Shown here: piece after piece, positions 16,947 through 21,511 of the stretch
How positions within the stretch are numbered: position 1 is the stretch's first letter
Layout of the letters: the number at the start of each line of letters is the position of its first letter
From: Pseudomonadota bacterium
GTDB taxonomy: Bacteria > Bdellovibrionota > FAC87 > UBA2466
Direction: 5' to 3'
Length of the DNA stretch: 21,511 bases
Assembly: GCA_043767805.1 (NCBI GenBank)
Contig: JAYUGC010000176.1
Location: 1 to 21,511 of the forward strand
The notes under the pieces: model-generated
The model's input: the letters and a program-made list of their open reading frames with translations, nothing else
Databases searched by the model: none
What the model was told of the DNA's origin: nothing
Position numbers and translations under genes: made by a program

Positions 16947-17501
16947 TTAAGAGGCCATGCGAGCGACTTGCACTTCGGTCAGGGCTTGCTGAAACCAGAG
17001 CGCGTGAGTGCGCTCGGAATCAATGACCCGCTGATAGACGCCGGCTGCTTTGGAATTGCCGGCAGTCAGCGCCTCGTCGCGGAAACGGGGATAAATGTCC
17101 TGGAACTCGCGGGTCTCGACGCGGATGGCGACTTTCAGGGCGTTCTCGATGACCTGCTCCGCGTTCATCGCGATGAGACGGTCGGAGTGCGCCTGAATTT
17201 CGGTGAGCGCCGCGGTCGCCCGCGTGGTCTCCTCGCCCGCCTCCGGGCTACCGAGCTCTTGATACAGCTCTCTGAGCCAGATGGAGTGGAGCTTCTCTTC
17301 GCCCGCCACCTTCAAGAAGAGCTCGGCTACTTTGGGATAGCCCGCCTTCTTGGCCCAGCGCGCGAACTCCGGGTACATGACTTTGTTCTCGTACTCTTCC
17401 ACGTCCACGAAGGACTTCGCCGTGGCTTCCCCGTCACTACCGGACTTAGCCGCCGCGAAGCATTCGAAGATCATGTCTTCGGTGATTTGCTTTTGGTCCA
17501 T
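16947..17501 (-). CDS. Ferritin-like di-iron protein of the rubrerythrin superfamily, symerythrin-like, without rubredoxin domain
   Basis: Start at ATG 17501 (AAGGAG 6 nt upstream), 184 aa. Two symmetric halves: E35xxE38...MYP...E69xxH72 and E129xxE132...IYP...E163xxH166. No CxxC motifs. Confidence 0.85.
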   Translation of the reverse strand: MDQKQITEDMIFECFAAAKSGSDGEATAKSFVDVEEYENKVMYPEFARWAKKAGYPKVAELFLKVAGEEKLHSIWLRELYQELGSPEAGEETTRATAALTEIQAHSDRLIAMNAEQVIENALKVAIRVETREFQDIYPRFRDEALTAGNSKAAGVYQRVIDSERTHALWFQQALTEVQVARMAS

Positions 17502-17515
17502 GGTCATCTCCTTGG

Positions 17516-17569
17516 TTTCTGTACTTTCAGTATATTCTGAAACATCCGAAAGTACAGAATACCCAGAAG
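17516..17569. promoter_or_regulatory. Operator-like array of six phased 9-bp units with nested palindromes (candidate GbsR-family binding site)
   Basis: TTTCTGTAC|TTTCAGTAT|ATTCTGAAA|CATCCGAAA|GTACAGAAT|ACCCAGAAG. Perfect 12-bp IR TTCTGTACTTTC (17517-28) / GAAAGTACAGAA (17548-59); inner TTTCAG-N6-CTGAAA (17525-42). Confidence 0.75.
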
Positions 17570-17579
17570 CCAATGTCAA
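17551..17579 (-). promoter_or_regulatory. Sigma70-type promoter for the di-iron/menA/prenyl synthase operon
   Basis: Perfect TTGACA (17579-17574) with a weak -10 candidate TGTACT at 17 nt spacing; the -10 lies inside the operator array. Confidence 0.45.
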
Positions 17580-17602
17580 GGGACCGTGCTATGCCTTGGG
17601 CC

Positions 17603-18274
17603 ATGGTGGAACTGCCCTTCAGCCGCATCGCGGCTCAATACGATCGACTCAATGGCGTGCTCTCGCTCGGCACGCACGCGCTCTGGAAGAGAAAGCTCGT
17701 GCACACCATGCTCCGTTTACAGCCGCGGCCCGAGCGAGTTCTCGACGTCGCCACGGGCACGGGTGAAATCGCGCACCGCTTCTCGCGGAAAGTGCCCGGC
17801 GCGGAAGTCATCGGCCTGGACCCTTGCGCGGAAATGATCGAGGTGGGAAAAGCGAAGGGACGCAAGGCCAAGTGGATCGTCGCGGGCTCGGAGCGCATTC
17901 CGCTTCCCGATGAAAGCGTCGATATCCTCACCTGCGCTTTCGGCGTGAGAAACTTCACGGAGAGGCCGCGCGCCTTTCGCGAATGGGCGCGCCTCTTGAA
18001 ACCCAGCGGCGTGGTAGGGGTCATCGAAATCCATCCCATCCCCCGCGTTTGGTACCGCCCGCTCCTCGCCTTCTATTGGAAACACCTTATGCCGAGGCTC
18101 GGACGGCTACTTGCCGAAGAGAAAGCCTATCGGTACCTGAGGGACTCCACCGTCGGCTTTCTCTCGGCCCCCGCCATGGTGGAAGAGGCCCGGCTAGCCG
18201 GTCTCGAGTCTTTAGAGACCCGCTCCCTTTTTGCCTCCGGTATGGTAAGTTTCTGCCTTTTCCGGAAGCCATGA
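17603..18274 (+). CDS. menG: Demethylmenaquinone/ubiquinone C-methyltransferase (MenG/UbiE family)
   Basis: FSRIAAQYDRLNGVLSLGTHALWKR, SAM motif VLDVATGTG, AFGVRN, LKPSG, AYRYLRDS. Start at 17603 is preferred (17591 or 17573 are possible). Confidence 0.88.
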   Translation: MVELPFSRIAAQYDRLNGVLSLGTHALWKRKLVHTMLRLQPRPERVLDVATGTGEIAHRFSRKVPGAEVIGLDPCAEMIEVGKAKGRKAKWIVAGSERIPLPDESVDILTCAFGVRNFTERPRAFREWARLLKPSGVVGVIEIHPIPRVWYRPLLAFYWKHLMPRLGRLLAEEKAYRYLRDSTVGFLSAPAMVEEARLAGLESLETRSLFASGMVSFCLFRKP

Positions 18275-18813
18275 GTCAGGAAACCGAAACCTCAATGACC
18301 GAAGAAGAAATCGCGTTCTCCGAGATCATCGGAGATCTCGTGGAGCAGCTCGGTTTCAAGCGCCACCTCGGCCGCATCTGGTCCCTCATCTTTTTGCGCC
18401 CCGAGCCAGTGAGTCCCACCGACATTCAGACGGAGCTTTCGCTCAGCGCCGGCACGGTGAGCTCCGCTCTAGCCGAGCTGCAGACGTGGGGCGTAGTAAA
18501 GCGCATCCGCATCGCCGCCGATCGTAATTTCTATTACGAAGCGGATGTGCAGATCTGGCGCTCGGTCAGTAACGTGCTGCGCACTCGTGAGCTTCGGATT
18601 TTGGAAGAGGCCAGCGCCGGGCTCGCCGGACTCGCGACTTCCTTGGAAAAGCGCTCCAGTGCCAACGCCTCCTTTCAAATTAAGCGCGTGAAGCACGTAA
18701 GAGAGTCGGTCGATACGGCGACCCTGCTGTTCACCCACCTAGTCTCCCCCTCGCCTTTGAATCTAGTGAAGATGAATAAACTTTTTCAGCGCCTTAAGAA
18801 CATCAACCTTTAG
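18271..18813 (+). CDS. GbsR/MarR-family transcriptional regulator
   Basis: Start at ATG 18271 (ATGA overlap with menG); GFKRHLGRIWSLIFL.PEP...DIQTELSLSAGTVSSALAELQTWGVV...R.FYYEA.VQIW is a GbsR-type winged-HTH pattern. Confidence 0.85.
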   Translation: MSQETETSMTEEEIAFSEIIGDLVEQLGFKRHLGRIWSLIFLRPEPVSPTDIQTELSLSAGTVSSALAELQTWGVVKRIRIAADRNFYYEADVQIWRSVSNVLRTRELRILEEASAGLAGLATSLEKRSSANASFQIKRVKHVRESVDTATLLFTHLVSPSPLNLVKMNKLFQRLKNINL

Positions 18814-18822
18814 AGGGATGCC

Positions 18823-19211
18823 ATGATCGATCACACGGGCTTGAAAGTTAAGGATCCGAAGAAGAGCCGGCAGTTCTACGAAAAAGCGCTAGCCCCTCTC
18901 GGGTACGAAGTCCTGATGGAGATTCCGAAGGAATATACGGGCGGGATGACGGTGCTGGGCTACGGCGTTAAGCCCAGCCGGATTTTTGGACCTCGGAAGG
19001 CACACCCAATGAGCCCCGCATTCACCTCGCCTTCCGGGCCGATACTCACGCTCAGGTCGATGCGTTCTATAAGGCGGCTCTCGCGGCGGGCGGAAAAGAC
19101 AACGGTCCCCCGGGCCCTCGCCCTCACTATCACAAAGACTACTACGGGGCCTTTCTGCTCGATCCCGACGGGCATAACATCGAGGTCGTGTGCCATTGCG
19201 AAGTTAAGTGA
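18823..19211 (+). pseudogene. VOC/glyoxalase family protein, frameshifted (1-nt deletion near 18976)
   Basis: MIDHTGLKV...FYEKALAPLGY...GYGVKP continues in a second frame as PDFWTSEG...HLAFRA...VDAFYKAALAAGGKDNGPPGPRPHYHKDYYGAFLLDPDGHNIEVVCH, stop TGA 19209-19211. Span is 389 nt (3n+2). The ORF-track C-terminus is spurious. Confidence 0.85.
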
Positions 19212-19243
19212 ACCTGGCTTGAGCTTCGTTTATCATCTTAAGT

Positions 19244-20059
19244 ATCCATTTCAGTCGCAAAATTCTGCTCGGCCTCCTCCTTACTAGCGCGCCGCTCTTT
19301 GCCGCGGACTTCACTCTCAGCGGGATGGGAATGGTCGACAACGTAATCGCCTTTTGCTCCCGAATGAGCGCGAAGCTAAAGCCGTTCGACAAGGTCGATG
19401 GGTTCGTATGGGAGGCGGGAGAGAAACCTTCGGAAGCTCTCTGGCAGAACACCATCCGTTTGCATCACAAGCGCGATTGGTACCGAGGCGAGCAGCTTCG
19501 CTATCTCAACACTCACGAAAAGCTGATGTCCGTCTTGAAAGGTTCGTGGGCGGAGGAAGAAGGCGGCAAATGGTGGCTGCTTCGAAACAGTGTAGGTCCC
19601 TTCGAAGATTTCAAACAAGAGATCACGCCGAGCACCGACTATGACCGCAAGCTCGCCGGGCAAAGCCGGCTGGATACCCATCCGCTCGAAGTGGTTCAGG
19701 TGCGACTTTTCCTGAAAAACGGGGGCGCCCCGAAAGAAAGCAACGTAATCGAGGGAGACTCCCACACGGTGACCCTCTCCAGATTCGATCCGGAGATTGA
19801 GAAGGAAGTAAGAAAACTAAACGCCCTCGGAATACCCGTCGCGGAAATCGAGGTCAGTCACACTCACCCGGTCGCGCCCCTCTTGGTCAAGCACGGGAGC
19901 TCGGCGCATGTGGAACCCGCCGAACTTTCCCTGCAGGACGTTCGGATGGCGAAAGAGGTTTCCGTGGACGTCCCCAACACCTTGGTCTCGGTGCGCGCGA
20001 TTACGCCGACCGGAACCACCTACGTCATCCGTTTCATGAACGGAAAACAGGTTTACTGA
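19244..20059 (+). CDS. Hypothetical, probably exported protein with a C-terminal JAB/MPN+ (JAMM)-like motif; start uncertain
   Basis: Frame is open from 19223; signal-peptide-like IHFSRKILLGLLLTSAPLFA lies upstream of the first ATG (19325); E...VSHTHP...LSLQD motif. Confidence 0.55.
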   Translation: MHFSRKILLGLLLTSAPLFAADFTLSGMGMVDNVIAFCSRMSAKLKPFDKVDGFVWEAGEKPSEALWQNTIRLHHKRDWYRGEQLRYLNTHEKLMSVLKGSWAEEEGGKWWLLRNSVGPFEDFKQEITPSTDYDRKLAGQSRLDTHPLEVVQVRLFLKNGGAPKESNVIEGDSHTVTLSRFDPEIEKEVRKLNALGIPVAEIEVSHTHPVAPLLVKHGSSAHVEPAELSLQDVRMAKEVSVDVPNTLVSVRAITPTGTTYVIRFMNGKQVY

Positions 20060-20874
20060 GTCGTCTTCGGCGAAAAGCGCGCCGAGATGTTCAGGCGGCG
20101 GATGACGCCGTGGACGAGCCAGGGCGTGTGGCGCGCGAGCTGGGTGAAGAACCAGCCGTGCCCCGTCACCACTCTTTCGCGTTTGCGAGCGACGATGGCA
20201 CGCGCGATCTTACGGGCCGCCACCGGCGCCGACATCTGAATGAAAGCGGGAACCTCGTCCTTGAAGCCCGAGTGCCAAACGCCGCGGTTATCGACGCGGC
20301 GGATTTCCGTCGCCACAAACCCCGGCGCGATGTGAGTCACGGAAATCTGGTAGCGCTTTAACTCGTGAAAGAGAGAGTCGGTCAGTGCGCGCACGGCGAA
20401 CTTACTCATGCCATAAGGCGAATTGCCGGGAAGCGCGACATAGCCGTTCACGCTACCGATAATGGCGAGCCGGCCCTTCGTTTCCTTCAAGTCCGCGAGC
20501 GTCGCCTTCACGGTGCGAAGGACGCCGTAGATGTTGGTCTCGAACTGACGGCGGAAATCGTCGAGAGCAAGACGTTCCACGGTGCCGACTACGCCGTAAC
20601 CCGCGTTTGCGATGACGACGTCGATGGGCTTACCGAGCGCTTCGCGAGAGGCCAGGACCGCGGCTTCCAGTTCGCCATCGACCGAGACGTCGGCTTTCAC
20701 GCAGACGACCTGGACACCGAGAGCCTTTAACTCGGTAGCCAGAGTCTCGAGTCTATCGAGCCGGCGGGCGGTGAGAACCAGATCACACCCGCGGCGAGCG
20801 AAATCCCTAGCTAGCGACTCGCCGATACCGGCGGAAGCTCCCGTAATGAACACGACCTTGCCTTGCATACTCAT
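20053..20874 (-). CDS. Short-chain dehydrogenase/reductase
   Basis: TGASAGIG, ARR, NAG, catalytic S and YGMSK, PGFVATE. Confidence 0.93.
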   Translation of the reverse strand: MSMQGKVVFITGASAGIGESLARDFARRGCDLVLTARRLDRLETLATELKALGVQVVCVKADVSVDGELEAAVLASREALGKPIDVVIANAGYGVVGTVERLALDDFRRQFETNIYGVLRTVKATLADLKETKGRLAIIGSVNGYVALPGNSPYGMSKFAVRALTDSLFHELKRYQISVTHIAPGFVATEIRRVDNRGVWHSGFKDEVPAFIQMSAPVAARKIARAIVARKRERVVTGHGWFFTQLARHTPWLVHGVIRRLNISARFSPKTTQ

Positions 20875-20900
20875 GGCGAGGTCTTACCAGGGAACGAGTT

Positions 20901-21464
20901 TTAGGGGAACCGGATGATGAAACCGGCGGTGAGCTGATAGCTCGCACCGAGAAGGCTCGGGAAGTCCTTGAAAACGGTGGTCGCATCGGCGCGGAAGGCG
21001 AGGTTACGGGCGAGAGTCGCGGTGAAGCCGGCGCCAAGATACGGTTTATAGGTCAGCGGCTCGACCGTGATGACGCTGCCTCCGCCGTCGGTCTCGGTAT
21101 GCCTGTTTCGACGGGCCTGCACGCCTCCGCGTACGGTAAAGGCGAGGAAGCGAGCGAGGTTCATATTGAAACGAACGCCGGCTTTCGCGCGATCGGTGTC
21201 ATCTTTCGTCGCAAGGCCCGTGAGCGGATAGGCTTCGTTATCCATGCTCTTTAAGTACTCGAGCTCCGCGGCCACCCAGAGGATGCCGAGCGTGAGGCGC
21301 CCGCCGTACATGAGGACATCTTTCGAGTGCGCTTCGGGAACGAGCTTTTGCACTCGCTCGTAACCGACCACAGGCTCGAACTCCGATCGGAAAGCGCCGT
21401 GGGCAAAATTAGAAACAAGGCCGGTAAGGGCCGCCAAGAGAAACCAAATTTTAGGGGAGTTCAC
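20901..21464 (-). CDS. Small outer-membrane beta-barrel protein (about 8 strands)
   Basis: Signal peptide; alternating amphipathic strands (YGGRLTLG, PYLGAGFTA); C-terminal YQLTAGFIIRF beta-signal-like strand; TGCTAAAAT upstream. Confidence 0.75.
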   Translation of the reverse strand: MNSPKIWFLLAALTGLVSNFAHGAFRSEFEPVVGYERVQKLVPEAHSKDVLMYGGRLTLGILWVAAELEYLKSMDNEAYPLTGLATKDDTDRAKAGVRFNMNLARFLAFTVRGGVQARRNRHTETDGGGSVITVEPLTYKPYLGAGFTATLARNLAFRADATTVFKDFPSLLGASYQLTAGFIIRFP

Positions 21465-21511
21465 TCTCCTATTTTAGCATGGCTTTCAGAAGGGCCAAGG
21501 GGTCAGCCGCC

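Noticed and set aside
17516..17569. CRISPR or transposon-end interpretation of the 9-bp repeats and inverted repeat
   Set aside because: No spacers, cas genes, transposase or target duplication; the position fits an operator.

Overview
GC-rich bacterial chromosomal window with dense, often ATGA-coupled genes. The gene style suggests a Bdellovibrionota/deltaproteobacterial-type organism (inference only). Left part: a minus-strand operon of TPR protein, prmA, a membrane hypothetical, a thiBPQ-like ABC transporter and a PLP threonine/serine dehydratase (runs off the window), divergent from an orphan NtrC-family sigma54 activator. Middle: a short OM-protein-like ORF, a secreted hypothetical, lysA-lysC-D-amino-acid oxidase, an RlmD-family RNA methyltransferase and a membrane protein behind a sigma54-type promoter. 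The most notable locus is 15124-18813. There, a symerythrin-like internally symmetric di-iron protein, a cyanobacterial-style MenA prenyltransferase and a polyprenyl synthase are transcribed divergently from a MenG/UbiE methyltransferase and a GbsR/MarR-family regulator. A phased 9-bp operator-like array lies between the two arms. Right end: a frameshifted VOC/glyoxalase gene, a probably secreted JAMM-like protein with no canonical start codon, an SDR and an OM beta-barrel. I saw no tRNA, rRNA, CRISPR array or mobile element.
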